Under the pieces are notes generated by a model, which worked only from the letters and a program-made list of their open reading frames with translations, did not search any database and was not told where the DNA came from. From NCBI GenBank assembly GCA_038884975.1, contig JAWAAW010000004.1, positions 1 through 55,695 of the forward strand: a DNA stretch of 55,695 nucleotides, read 5' to 3'. This stretch comes from Candidatus Woesearchaeota archaeon (GTDB lineage Archaea > Nanobdellota > Nanobdellia > Woesearchaeales > ARS49). This document shows positions 1 to 8,779 of the stretch, in pieces (the stretch's first letter is position 1; every line of letters starts with the position of its first letter). The position numbers were made by a program, and so were the translations under genes.

Positions 1-73
1 GAATGTTGGTTTCTTCTTGAAGAGAACACCCTTGTTGTGCGTTTACTCGCGGGTTTTTAGGGCAAATTTAAAT

Positions 74-1345
74 ATGAATCAATTGAAACAAAGGGATATG
101 ATTAAAAAGCATTTCAGTAATTTTAGTGAGAACAAAAGGAATGCGATTATTCTACTGCTTCTTTTTGGCATAATAAGCCTGCTTGGAGACATTATTTATG
201 AGGGGGCAAGAAGCGTCAATGGGCCGTTTCTAAAGACATTGGGGGCCAATGCGGCAATTCTTGGTTTTGTTGTGGGTGTTGGGGAATTGTTAGGATACGC
301 AATCAGGCTGGTTTCGGGATATTTTTCTGACAAAACAAAAGCGCACTGGTTTTTCACAATACTGGGTTATGGTTTGCTCATATCTGTCCCATTATTGGCA
401 TTGTCAGACTATTGGCAGTTGGCAGCAGTTTTCCTGATTCTTGAAAGAATTGGCAAGGGCTTAAGAGGCCCTGCAAGAGACACTTTGGTTTCCCACGCAG
501 CCAAACAGGTAGGAACCGGGCTTGGGTTTGGAATCTCTGAATTTCTTGACCAGATCGGCGCAGTAATCGGGCCCTTGGCATTCACTTTTTTCTTCATTTA
601 TCTCGGGTCCGCGCAAAAAACAGTTTCTGAATACCAGCAAGGTTTTGCTCTGCTCTGGATACCATTCATTCTGCTTTTGCTTGTCCTGTTCGCAACTTTC
701 CTGAAGTTCAGAACCCCCAGCAAGCTTGAAGAAGCAATAACAAAGAAAAAGAAATCCGCAGGACTGTCAAAAGTCTTCTGGCTGTATTCTCTTTTTGCAT
801 TTTTTACCGCAGCCGGTTTCATCAGCTTCGCAATCATGGGCTATCACTTGAAAACGAACAGAATCGTGCCAGACGCCCAAATACCATTCTTTTATGCCAT
901 TGCAATGATTGTGGATGCCGTGTGCGGAATAATTGTGGGAAAAATGTACGATAATCTGAAACTAAAACATAAAAATGAGCGTGCGGGGCTGTTAGTCCTG
1001 TTGTTTATGCCAATAATCACTGCCGTTCTTTTACCATTTGCTTTCTCGCAAAACAAGGCATTCATATGGATAGCCGTATTCTTGTGGGGTGTAGTGATGG
1101 GCAGCCACGAAACAATAATGAAGGCAGCAATTGCAGACTTGACACCCATAAGCAAACGCGGCACAGGCTACGGCATTTTCAACATAACCTACGGGCTGGC
1201 ATTGTTTGCCGGCAGCTTTCTTGCAGGATACCTATACGATATTTCCATCACTTTGATGATATCAGCATTAGTCTGCATTGAGCTCATATCAATACCTTTG
1301 TTCTTTGCATTGAAAAGGGAAATAAAAAACTCCAAACCAAGCTGA
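74..1345 (+). CDS. MFS-type transporter
   Basis: ORF 17..1345 has about 12 hydrophobic helices and MFS-like loops (GYFSDK, ERIGKGLRGPARD). First ATG is at 74. An alternative ATG at 98 lies about 25 nt after the aaatttaaat box at 64-73. Confidence 0.75.
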   Translation: MNQLKQRDMIKKHFSNFSENKRNAIILLLLFGIISLLGDIIYEGARSVNGPFLKTLGANAAILGFVVGVGELLGYAIRLVSGYFSDKTKAHWFFTILGYGLLISVPLLALSDYWQLAAVFLILERIGKGLRGPARDTLVSHAAKQVGTGLGFGISEFLDQIGAVIGPLAFTFFFIYLGSAQKTVSEYQQGFALLWIPFILLLLVLFATFLKFRTPSKLEEAITKKKKSAGLSKVFWLYSLFAFFTAAGFISFAIMGYHLKTNRIVPDAQIPFFYAIAMIVDAVCGIIVGKMYDNLKLKHKNERAGLLVLLFMPIITAVLLPFAFSQNKAFIWIAVFLWGVVMGSHETIMKAAIADLTPISKRGTGYGIFNITYGLALFAGSFLAGYLYDISITLMISALVCIELISIPLFFALKREIKNSKPS

Positions 1346-1384
1346 AAAATAATTTTTTGCCTGTCAATTACTGCTTGGCTTGCG

Positions 1385-1834
1385 CTATCCGGCTGCGTTT
1401 TTGGCACTTGTTTTTTCTTTTGCACCCCTGTTTCTCCATGCAAGAATTGCTGCAATGCTTCCTGTGGAGAGCCTCAAACTGTGCAGCTTGCTGACGATGG
1501 GGGCTATTTCCACGCAAGTCTTGCCTTGGTCCCTCAAGACATAAACGTCATTCATAAGCGCAGGAGAGTATTTCCTCTGGTAGATTTTCTGGTTTGCATT
1601 GCTTTCCGTGATGCCTGCCTTTTGCCTGCCATCTTGCTTTGGCATTTGTGCCAGATTTGACAGCGCCTGTTTTGCCTGTTGTGCAGTGGGCTGGTACTGG
1701 AAGCAGAAGTTGTCTGTTATGCACTTGCCAGTGCCTTCATCAAGAAACGCCTTGTCATCCGTAATGCAGTACTTTATGGGCTCAGGAGCTGTCTCAAGCC
1801 ATTCCTTGATGGAAATCCGCCTCTGCTCATTCAT
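1385..1834 (-). CDS. hypothetical protein (149 aa), possible C-terminal HTH
   Basis: Clean ORF, ATG start, coding-like composition, no recognisable family. The C-terminal VLRDQGKTCVEIAPIV...STGSIAAIL segment looks HTH-like. Confidence 0.5.
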   Translation of the reverse strand: MNEQRRISIKEWLETAPEPIKYCITDDKAFLDEGTGKCITDNFCFQYQPTAQQAKQALSNLAQMPKQDGRQKAGITESNANQKIYQRKYSPALMNDVYVLRDQGKTCVEIAPIVSKLHSLRLSTGSIAAILAWRNRGAKEKTSAKNAAG

Positions 1835-1870
1835 GCAATAATGTTAGTTTCTGATGTTTATAAAACTTCA

Positions 1871-3238
1871 TCAGAATTTTATGCTTGAGAACGCCCGCTG
1901 AACAACTTCTGGGAGTGCTGGGTGAACGTGGACTGCCTGTAGAATTCCATTGACTCCGAGCTTTGCCTTCATTGCAACAACAACCTCCTGTATCAGGATT
2001 GAGGCGTCGCTTCCAAGGATGTGGCATCCAAGAATCTGCCTTGTTTTCGGGTCAGCAAGTACCTTGACAAAGCCATCCTTGTCCTCTATTGACTTTCCAT
2101 AAGCAGTATCATAATACCTGTGCCTGCCAACCAAATAAGGAATCTTTTTCTCTTTCAGCTCATCTTCTGTCATCCCAACCCCTGCAATTTGGGGTGAGGA
2201 AAAAATTGCGTGAGGCATTGCGTCATAAGGCACGGGCATTTTGTGCTTCGGATTAAGAGCATTAAAAACAGCATATGATGCCTCAAGGTTTGCAGAATGC
2301 TTGAACAAAAACACGCCTGCAATGTCGCCAATAGCCCAAATGCCCGGAACGTTTGTCTCCATAAAAGCGTTTGTTGTTATGAATCCTGGCTTGTGCATTG
2401 CAACGCCTGTCTTTGCTACATCAAGAATGTCTGTGTTCGGAACCCTTCCTGTCGCGACCAACAGCTGCTCGCCTGAAACAATTTGCTTTTTTCCTTTTGT
2501 CTCGCACTCAACAGAAATGTTTTTGCCCTGCCTGAAAACACGAACCACGCTTGTGTCAAGCAAGACCTTGTGCTTCTTTGCGAATATTCTAGTGAATGCC
2601 TGCGCGATTTCAGAATCCTCATTCGTGAGCATCCAGCTACTGCGCTGAATAATTGTTACTTTTGTTCCCAGAGAGCCAAAGAAGTGAGCCAGTTCTGCAG
2701 CAATGTAGCCGCCGCCTATTATTACTATGCTTTCAGGCTGTTTTTTCAGCCTCATTGCCTCATCAGAAGTGATATAATTCACCTTATCCAGTCCTGGAAT
2801 TGGCGGGATAAAAGGTCTTGTTCCTGCGCAAATGAATATTTTGTCAGCAGTAATTATGCCATTTCCGACTTTAAGCCTCTTTTTCCCAACAAACCTTGCG
2901 GTCTCCTTGTAGACCTTGATGTTTTTATCTGCCTTGTTGCTTTTTTCAAGTTCATTTGCTTCTGCATCAACAAAGCTGTTTACCCTGCTCATAATTTTCT
3001 TCCAGTCAATCCTTTCAATCCTTGCATTTATGCCGAGCATTGGCGCGCGTTTTATTTCGTCCATCACGTCTGCACTGCGGATAAGCATCTTGCTTGGAAT
3101 GCATCCGCGGTTAAGGCAAGTGCCTCCAAAAGCGTCCTGCTCAACAAGAGCCACCTTAAAACCCCTGCTTGCAAGCTCAGATGATATTATCAAGCCAGAA
3201 CCAGCGCCTATTACTATTGCATCAAACCTCTTTTCCAT
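1871..3238 (-). CDS. class I FAD-dependent pyridine nucleotide-disulfide oxidoreductase (dihydrolipoamide dehydrogenase / glutathione-mycothione reductase-like)
   Basis: GxGxxG motif (IVIGAGSG), redox-active CLNRGCIPSK disulfide, second NAD-binding fold (IIGGGYIAAELA), C-terminal dimerisation motif HVHPALPE. Start trimmed to MEKRFD (ATG 3238), which has an atttatatatcc TATA box about 25 nt upstream on the minus strand. Confidence 0.85.
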   Translation of the reverse strand: MEKRFDAIVIGAGSGLIISSELASRGFKVALVEQDAFGGTCLNRGCIPSKMLIRSADVMDEIKRAPMLGINARIERIDWKKIMSRVNSFVDAEANELEKSNKADKNIKVYKETARFVGKKRLKVGNGIITADKIFICAGTRPFIPPIPGLDKVNYITSDEAMRLKKQPESIVIIGGGYIAAELAHFFGSLGTKVTIIQRSSWMLTNEDSEIAQAFTRIFAKKHKVLLDTSVVRVFRQGKNISVECETKGKKQIVSGEQLLVATGRVPNTDILDVAKTGVAMHKPGFITTNAFMETNVPGIWAIGDIAGVFLFKHSANLEASYAVFNALNPKHKMPVPYDAMPHAIFSSPQIAGVGMTEDELKEKKIPYLVGRHRYYDTAYGKSIEDKDGFVKVLADPKTRQILGCHILGSDASILIQEVVVAMKAKLGVNGILQAVHVHPALPEVVQRAFSSIKF

Positions 3239-3370
3239 AACCCTAAAGGTAGATATAGGATATATAAATGCTTTTAGACACAAAACCGATAAATTTATAT
3301 ACCATAGTATATATTTTGCAGGATAACAGAGACAAAAGGTAGCACTGCACATGACAACAGGTGCTGTGTC

Positions 3371-3418
3371 GGAAGAATTCTTCCTGGTCTATCTTTTGTC
3401 AATGTGACAAAAGATAGA
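3371..3418. promoter_or_regulatory. two adjacent perfect palindromes in the divergent intergenic region (candidate operators or 5'-leader hairpins)
   Basis: ggaagaattcttcc (3371-3384) is a 14-nt perfect palindrome. tctatcttttgtca (3388-3401) and tgacaaaagataga (3405-3418) form a 14-bp perfect inverted repeat with a 3-nt spacer. Both lie 33-80 nt upstream of the DEAD-box helicase ATG. Confidence 0.5.
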
Positions 3419-3450
3419 AACCTGGCAAATTGGTTTCGGAGCAACAGAAA

Positions 3451-4632
3451 ATGAAATTTACAGAGCTGAATTTGAAGCCTCATTTTGTAGAGGCCTTGCT
3501 GAAACAGCAGATTACAGAGCCGACAAAAGTACAGGCAGAAACTATTCCTGTTATGATGGAAGGAAAGGACATCATAGTCCGTTCCAAGACCGGCTCAGGA
3601 AAAACAATAGCATTCCTCCTGCCAATAATGCAGCAGTTGCACCCAACAGGATTGCAGGCATTGATTCTTGCGCCGACAAGAGAGCTGGCATTGCAAACAG
3701 AGAAGGAAATCAGGAAGCTTGACAAAGGCGTCAAGTCAATCACGATTTATGGCGGGGTAAGCATTAATCCGCAGATAGAAAAGCTCCAGAAAGGAGTGCA
3801 GATTGTTGTTGGAACTCCGGGCAGGATACTTGACCATATTGAACGCGGAACAATAGACTTCTCTAAGCTGAGGTGGGTTGTGCTTGATGAGGCAGACAGA
3901 ATGCTTGACATGGGTTTCATAGAAGACGTTCAGAGGATTCTCAGCGCAACGCCAAAAAGCAGGCAGACAGCACTGTTTTCTGCAACAATGCCTGCTGAAA
4001 TAATGATGCTCACGCAAGACTGCATGAAGCCTGATGCAGAAAAAATTATTCTTGAGCAGGATGAAATCACTGTCAAGAAAATCAGGCAGGTGTGTTATGG
4101 ACTTGACCAGAAGGAAAAGCTTGACACGCTTGTCAAGGTCTTGCGCAAACCTGAAGTAAGGAAAGCGATGATTTTCTGCAACACAAAAAGCTGGGCTGAC
4201 TCTCTCGGAAGAATCCTGAGGAAAAAAGGATTCAGGGTAGGAAGCCTGCATTCTGCACTGAGCCAGTTGCGCAGAAATATTGTGATACAGGACTTCAAGG
4301 ATGGCAAGTTTAACATCCTTGTCTGCACTGACGTGGCAGCAAGGGGATTGCACGTTGATGACGTGACGCATGTCATCAATTATGATTTGCCAAAGAACCC
4401 TAAGGACTACATTCACAGGATTGGAAGGACAGGCAGGGCAGGAGAGGAAGGTGATGCGATCAGCTTTTGCACAATGAAGGACGAGCCGATGCTCAAGAAT
4501 ATTGAGCGTGAAATCCAGATGACGTTGGACCTGCAGACGCTTAGTGGCGGTAAGTTTGAGCGCGTTGAGAGACCGCAAATAACTGCTTCATCGTCTGTTG
4601 GCGATGGCGACTGGGGAAACCTGCTTGACTGA
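3451..4632 (+). CDS. DEAD-box ATP-dependent RNA helicase
   Basis: Helicase motifs present: Q-motif region, SKTGSGKT (I), PTRELA (Ia), VLDEADRMLD (II), SAT (III), HRIGRTGRAG (VI). ATG at 3451 preferred over TTG at 3430. Confidence 0.93.
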   Translation: MKFTELNLKPHFVEALLKQQITEPTKVQAETIPVMMEGKDIIVRSKTGSGKTIAFLLPIMQQLHPTGLQALILAPTRELALQTEKEIRKLDKGVKSITIYGGVSINPQIEKLQKGVQIVVGTPGRILDHIERGTIDFSKLRWVVLDEADRMLDMGFIEDVQRILSATPKSRQTALFSATMPAEIMMLTQDCMKPDAEKIILEQDEITVKKIRQVCYGLDQKEKLDTLVKVLRKPEVRKAMIFCNTKSWADSLGRILRKKGFRVGSLHSALSQLRRNIVIQDFKDGKFNILVCTDVAARGLHVDDVTHVINYDLPKNPKDYIHRIGRTGRAGEEGDAISFCTMKDEPMLKNIEREIQMTLDLQTLSGGKFERVERPQITASSSVGDGDWGNLLD

Positions 4633-4650
4633 TTTCTTTTATTTGCAAAA

Positions 4651-4661
4651 TCTTTAAATAC
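4651..4661 (+). promoter_or_regulatory. TATA box for tRNA-Val
   Basis: tctttaaatac ends 27 nt upstream of the tRNA 5' end (4688). Confidence 0.55.
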
Positions 4662-4687
4662 AGAATAGAGGGAACCTTGCAGTATTT

Positions 4688-4759
4688 GAGCCCGTAGTTT
4701 AGCGGCATAACGCCTCGTTGACGTCGAGGAGGTCGCCAGTTCGAATCTGGCCGGGCTCA
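4688..4759 (+). tRNA. tRNA-Val (anticodon GAC)
   Basis: Hand-folded cloverleaf. Acceptor GAGCCCG/CGGGCTC, anticodon stem CCTCG/CGAGG with loop TTGACGT, T arm GCCAG-TTCGAAT-CTGGC, discriminator A. No encoded CCA. Confidence 0.9.
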
Positions 4760-4825
4760 TCAAGCAAAAGCATTCTAACAAAACATAAGTCTCGAACTGG
4801 CGATAGGCCGACCTCAGTCGGACGT

Positions 4826-4856
4826 GTCGCCAGTTCGAATCTGGCCGGGCTCATCA
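4826..4856 (+). repeat. 31-nt perfect duplicate of the tRNA-Val 3' end (tRNA 3'-half-like fragment)
   Basis: gtcgccagttcgaatctggccgggctcatca occurs at 4732-4762 and again at 4826-4856. No matching 5' acceptor strand lies upstream of the second copy. Confidence 0.85.
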
Positions 4857-4952
4857 TAACTTTCTGAGAAATAAACAACCACTAATTAGGGCTCCCTGCG
4901 GTCGCAGATACTAACCATTGTGGAGGAATTTCTTCGCAGTTCTTAAGGCAAC

Positions 4953-4962
4953 ATTTATAAAC
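4953..4962 (+). promoter_or_regulatory. TATA box for the AI-2E transporter gene
   Basis: atttataaac ends 21 nt before ATG 4983, consistent with a leaderless or near-leaderless mRNA. Confidence 0.5.
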
Positions 4963-4982
4963 CTGTCAAGACAAATAATGCG

Positions 4983-6077
4983 ATGATGACAAGGGATAAG
5001 TATTTCCCAAAAGACGGGGTTTCGAAATACATCTTTCTGGGCTTGTTCGTGGTTATTGTTGGACTCACTTTTTTTGTGGCAAGACCCTTCCTTAATGCGC
5101 TCATAATAAGCGCGGTTGTTGCTTATGTATTCAGACCATTATATTTGTGGCTAAACAAGAAAATCAGGTACAAGAACGTCTGTGCGCTCATTGTCTCGCT
5201 TTTCATACTGTTGTTATTCATCATGCCATTATTCTTTGTCGTGCAGTCAGCAGCTCCTGACGCAAGATACGCGTATGTCCGAGCAAAACAAAAAATAATG
5301 ACTGGCGAATTTATAGATGTCACGTGTCCGTCACCAAACGAGCACTTTCTTTGCAGGTGGCAGGAAAAAATAAGAGCCTTCATGCAGCAGCCTGATATCA
5401 AGTACCAGGTTAGCGATGCAGTAAGCAAAGTCACAGGATTCATAATTGACAAGATATCATCAATTGTCCTTGCGCTTCCAATGATACTGCTTAACCTTTT
5501 TGTTATTTTCTTCTCAGTATTTTACTTGCTCAGGGATGGCGACTTGCTGGTTGCCAACGCAAAATCAATTCTGCCAATACACCCAACTCACAGGGAGCAC
5601 ATTTTCAAAAGGCTCCGGGAAACAGCAAGGGCGGTTATACTTGGAGCCATAGTGGTGGCGATAATACAAGGCGCGCTGGGGGGGCTTGGCTTCCTCATTT
5701 TCGGAATCTCATCACCACTCTTGTGGGGTGTAGTGATGGCGTTGTTTGCGCTAGTCCCCTTTGTTGGCACTGCAACGATCTGGCTGCCTGCAGGGATTGG
5801 GCTTGTACTTGCAGGATCTGCAGAAAACAATCCCGCCCTTATATGGAAGGGAATAGGTCTTCTGGTTTATGGTGCCGTGATTGTTGCAGGCATAGACAAC
5901 GTGCTCAAACCAATGCTGATAAGCGAACAATCAAAAATCCATCCTGTCCTGATTCTTGTCGGAGTGCTTGGCGGGCTTGCTGCGTTTGGGATATCAGGCT
6001 TCATAGTTGGACCACTGATAGTTGCGACATTCAAGGTCTTCCTTGAAATTTACAGGCAGGAATACCAGGAAACATAA
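4983..6077 (+). CDS. AI-2E family (PerM/UPF0118) transporter
   Basis: 364 aa with about 8 TM helices and a family-typical pattern (LRDGD.., GGLGFLIFGI, PFVGTATIWLPAGI). Confidence 0.8.
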   Translation: MMTRDKYFPKDGVSKYIFLGLFVVIVGLTFFVARPFLNALIISAVVAYVFRPLYLWLNKKIRYKNVCALIVSLFILLLFIMPLFFVVQSAAPDARYAYVRAKQKIMTGEFIDVTCPSPNEHFLCRWQEKIRAFMQQPDIKYQVSDAVSKVTGFIIDKISSIVLALPMILLNLFVIFFSVFYLLRDGDLLVANAKSILPIHPTHREHIFKRLRETARAVILGAIVVAIIQGALGGLGFLIFGISSPLLWGVVMALFALVPFVGTATIWLPAGIGLVLAGSAENNPALIWKGIGLLVYGAVIVAGIDNVLKPMLISEQSKIHPVLILVGVLGGLAAFGISGFIVGPLIVATFKVFLEIYRQEYQET

Positions 6078-6098
6078 AAAGAGAGGAAGAATTAAGGC

Positions 6099-7592
6099 AT
6101 GAAACTTCGCGTTAAAGACATGGACATAGCCACAGGCGACGTCAATGTCGTGATTCTTAATGAAAAAGACGCTGACATGCTTGACCTCCATCACAATGAC
6201 AGAATATTCGTCAGGAAAGGACTTAGGAAAACAATAGCAGTGCTTGACATTGCAGAAAGCGAAAAAGCAGTGCCGCCGGGCTGGATAGGGTGCTTTGAGG
6301 AAGTCCTTGACGCACTCTATGCAAAAGACGGCGACATCGTTAAGATAGCACTTGCAAGAAAGCCAAAAAGCATAAGTTACATAAGAAAAAAACTTGATGG
6401 TAAGGAACTGAGTTATCAGGAAATTTATGAAATAATCAAGGATATCGGGAAAAACCAGCTCACAGACATAGAACTCACAAGCTACGTCACTGCAAATTAC
6501 ACGATGGGAATGAGTGATGCCGAAATACTTAACCTCACAAAGGCAATGACCTTGACAGGCACCTTGCTAAAAGTAAAGAAAAAGCCTGTTGTTGACATTC
6601 ACTGCATTGGAGGGGTGCCGGGAAACAGGACAACAATGATTGTTGTGCCAATACTTGTTGCAGCAGGCCTCACTGTTCCAAAGACAAGCTCAAGGGCAAT
6701 AACGTCGCCGGCAGGCACGGCAGACACAATGGAAGTCCTTTGTCCGGTATCACTCCCAATATCAAAGCTTTATAGGATTCTTGATGATGTTGGCGGCTTC
6801 ATCGTCTGGGGCGGCTCTGTGAACCTCGCGCCCGCAGACGACAGAATAATCAAAGTCGAGCACCCGTTAAGCATTGACGCGGAAGGACAAATGCTTGCAT
6901 CAATCATGGCAAAAAAAGCAAGCGTAAGCGCAACACACCTGCTAATGGACATCCCTGTTGGCAGGAGTGCAAAAATAGAAGACAGAAAACAAGCAGTCCA
7001 CCTTCAAGGACACTTTGAAAGATTGGGAAATGCACTTGGAATAAAAGTATGCACGATGATAACCCCTGGCTCAGAACCAATAGGCAATGGCATAGGGCCT
7101 GTGCTTGAAGCAAGAGACTGCCTCTGGGTATTGAAGAACGACTCAAGAGCGCCTCAGGATTTGAGAAGAAAAAGCCTTGAGATGGCGGCAGTAGCCCTCG
7201 AGTTTGCAGGAACAGCAAAGAAAGGGGAAGGCATGCAATTGGCAACAGAAATCCTGAACAGCGGAAAGGCATACCAGACATTCATGGAAATGGTCAAGGC
7301 GCAAGGCGGAAAGGACATAGACCCAGAAAGCCTCAAGCCATGCCCATTGCAATACACGTTTCTTGCACCGAAGTCAGGGACGATAAGCGTGCTTGACAAC
7401 ACTTCAATCTCGCGCATAGCAAGGATGGCAGGAGCGCCCCGTGACAAGGACTCGGGAATACTATTGCACCACCACTGCGGGGACCACGTAAACAAGGGAG
7501 ATCCAATAATGACCATATACTCACACTCAAGAGAAAAACTTGGTTATGCAATAGACCTTCTTAAAGAACTCAATGGCATAATTATTCAGTAA
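6099..7592 (+). CDS. deoA: AMP phosphorylase (archaeal thymidine-phosphorylase family)
   Basis: 497 aa. N-terminal extension MKLRVKDMDIATG.. is typical of archaeal AMP phosphorylase. Glycosyltransferase-family-3 core (HCIGGVPGNRTT, SSRAITSPAGTADT). Confidence 0.88.
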   Translation: MKLRVKDMDIATGDVNVVILNEKDADMLDLHHNDRIFVRKGLRKTIAVLDIAESEKAVPPGWIGCFEEVLDALYAKDGDIVKIALARKPKSISYIRKKLDGKELSYQEIYEIIKDIGKNQLTDIELTSYVTANYTMGMSDAEILNLTKAMTLTGTLLKVKKKPVVDIHCIGGVPGNRTTMIVVPILVAAGLTVPKTSSRAITSPAGTADTMEVLCPVSLPISKLYRILDDVGGFIVWGGSVNLAPADDRIIKVEHPLSIDAEGQMLASIMAKKASVSATHLLMDIPVGRSAKIEDRKQAVHLQGHFERLGNALGIKVCTMITPGSEPIGNGIGPVLEARDCLWVLKNDSRAPQDLRRKSLEMAAVALEFAGTAKKGEGMQLATEILNSGKAYQTFMEMVKAQGGKDIDPESLKPCPLQYTFLAPKSGTISVLDNTSISRIARMAGAPRDKDSGILLHHHCGDHVNKGDPIMTIYSHSREKLGYAIDLLKELNGIIIQ

Positions 7593-8208
7593 GCCTTTTG
7601 TGCTCCTTCTTGTGGCGCTCGTGTATTTCCACAAGAGCCCTGTGAGATGCATAAAGCCTGCCTTTCAAAAGCCTGAACACGTTCTGGATGGGGCGCACAA
7701 CTCGTGAAAAAATCCTTGCTTCTCTTGCAATTCTTGCCTCCTTGCCCAGTTCTTCTGCTTCCCTAAGCATCCTTGCCTGCTTTGCAAGCTCTTCGGCTTC
7801 CTTCAACGTTCTTGCTTCCCTAATAAGCACTGCCTCATGCGCAAGCTTCTGACCGCTCTCTGCTACCTCTTCACCAATCCTGAAGAACGAGGCGACTTCT
7901 GAGTAAGCCCTGAATGCAAGATAAAAAGGAAAAACAGCAACAACGTCAATCCAGTAAAGCCTGAAAAACCGCCTTATGTTCCTTGTCTTGAACCACTTGA
8001 AAACAAGGTCCACAACAAAAAAGAACACAATGATGCCGTCAAAAATCTGAATCCACGGCTCATACTCGGAAATGTGCACAAGAGTCCAGAATGGGTTTTC
8101 AAGAATAAGGACTATTGCAAGAAGTATCACTAACACCGGAATTGCGTGGTCTGTGAAATGCTCAAATTCGTGGACAAACCACACAAGCCAGTTCCTCTTT
8201 TTTTCCAT
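7582..8208 (-). CDS. ion-transport-family voltage-sensor-like membrane protein lacking a pore domain
   Basis: Three clear TM helices resemble S1-S3 of Ion_trans proteins (FDGIIVFFFVVDLVFKWF, WIDVVAVFPFYLAF). A long charged REA-repeat helix follows, then RIFSRVVRPIQNVFRLLKGR (S4-like). There is no S5-P-S6. Confidence 0.6.
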   Translation of the reverse strand: MEKKRNWLVWFVHEFEHFTDHAIPVLVILLAIVLILENPFWTLVHISEYEPWIQIFDGIIVFFFVVDLVFKWFKTRNIRRFFRLYWIDVVAVFPFYLAFRAYSEVASFFRIGEEVAESGQKLAHEAVLIREARTLKEAEELAKQARMLREAEELGKEARIAREARIFSRVVRPIQNVFRLLKGRLYASHRALVEIHERHKKEHKRLTE

Positions 8209-8311
8209 ATCAACAAAGGAACAGGATTAGTATAAAAGGGTTGCGCATGATGATTGTTGCAGCGTCTGCCACGCTGAAAACTTAAAAAAGACAAATCCTA
8301 CCTTTGGGTTT

Positions 8312-8779
8312 ATGACAACCCAAGAACTCGCAGAACTTGAGAATGAGTACAACACTGGCAAGATGGAATGGATACGAACACCTCTTGCCCAGAAACTACA
8401 AAAATACTCAGGAATGATTCTTGATGAAGCAGCAAAACTAAAAAAGAAACATCCTGCGCTGAATGACGATGCCTGCCTTGAAATTGCGGTAAACCACTTC
8501 TTCATAAAGCACAAGACAGTAGACCCTGCACAAGAAATAAAACACCAAGTGGAAGAAATCAAGCTGGAAATCTATTACCGCCAGACAGAAGCAGGAAGGG
8601 AACTCGACCACGAGGAAATAATCAGGCAATGGAGACTCTGGCATTCTGAATTCTGGAGAGATCACAACATAATGAGAATAATCTATTTCTTCGAGAAAAA
8701 CAAGCAAGCCTATCTGGACATTCTTAAACAGACAATTCCTTGCTCACTGGAGGCGTATAATCCTGTCAAGCAGTCCTGA
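8312..8779 (+). CDS. hypothetical protein (155 aa)
   Basis: Charged, helical-looking ORF. TATA-like aaacttaaaaaag lies about 25 nt upstream of the ATG. The 3' end overlaps the convergent kinase gene by 36 nt. Confidence 0.55.
   Translation: MTTQELAELENEYNTGKMEWIRTPLAQKLQKYSGMILDEAAKLKKKHPALNDDACLEIAVNHFFIKHKTVDPAQEIKHQVEEIKLEIYYRQTEAGRELDHEEIIRQWRLWHSEFWRDHNIMRIIYFFEKNKQAYLDILKQTIPCSLEAYNPVKQS

Noticed and set aside
4760-4825. An integrated mobile element bounded by the tRNA-Val direct repeats. The same idea applies to 10168-10208 for tRNA-Ser.
   Set aside because: The intervening segments are only 63 and 41 nt, and no integrase or other mobile-element gene is present anywhere in the window. 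At most these are footprints.
4790-4856. A complete second tRNA gene downstream of tRNA-Val.
   Set aside because: No 5' acceptor strand complementary to CGGGCTC is present. The candidate anticodon arm folds only as ccgac-ctca-gtcgg (4-nt loop) or with mismatches and an 8-nt loop. It is kept as a 3'-half-like fragment only.
8227-8562. The 111-aa minus-strand ORF opposite the 155-aa plus-strand gene.
   Set aside because: It has Ser/Cys/Phe-rich shadow composition and no promoter. The plus-strand ORF has a correctly spaced TATA box and protein-like composition.
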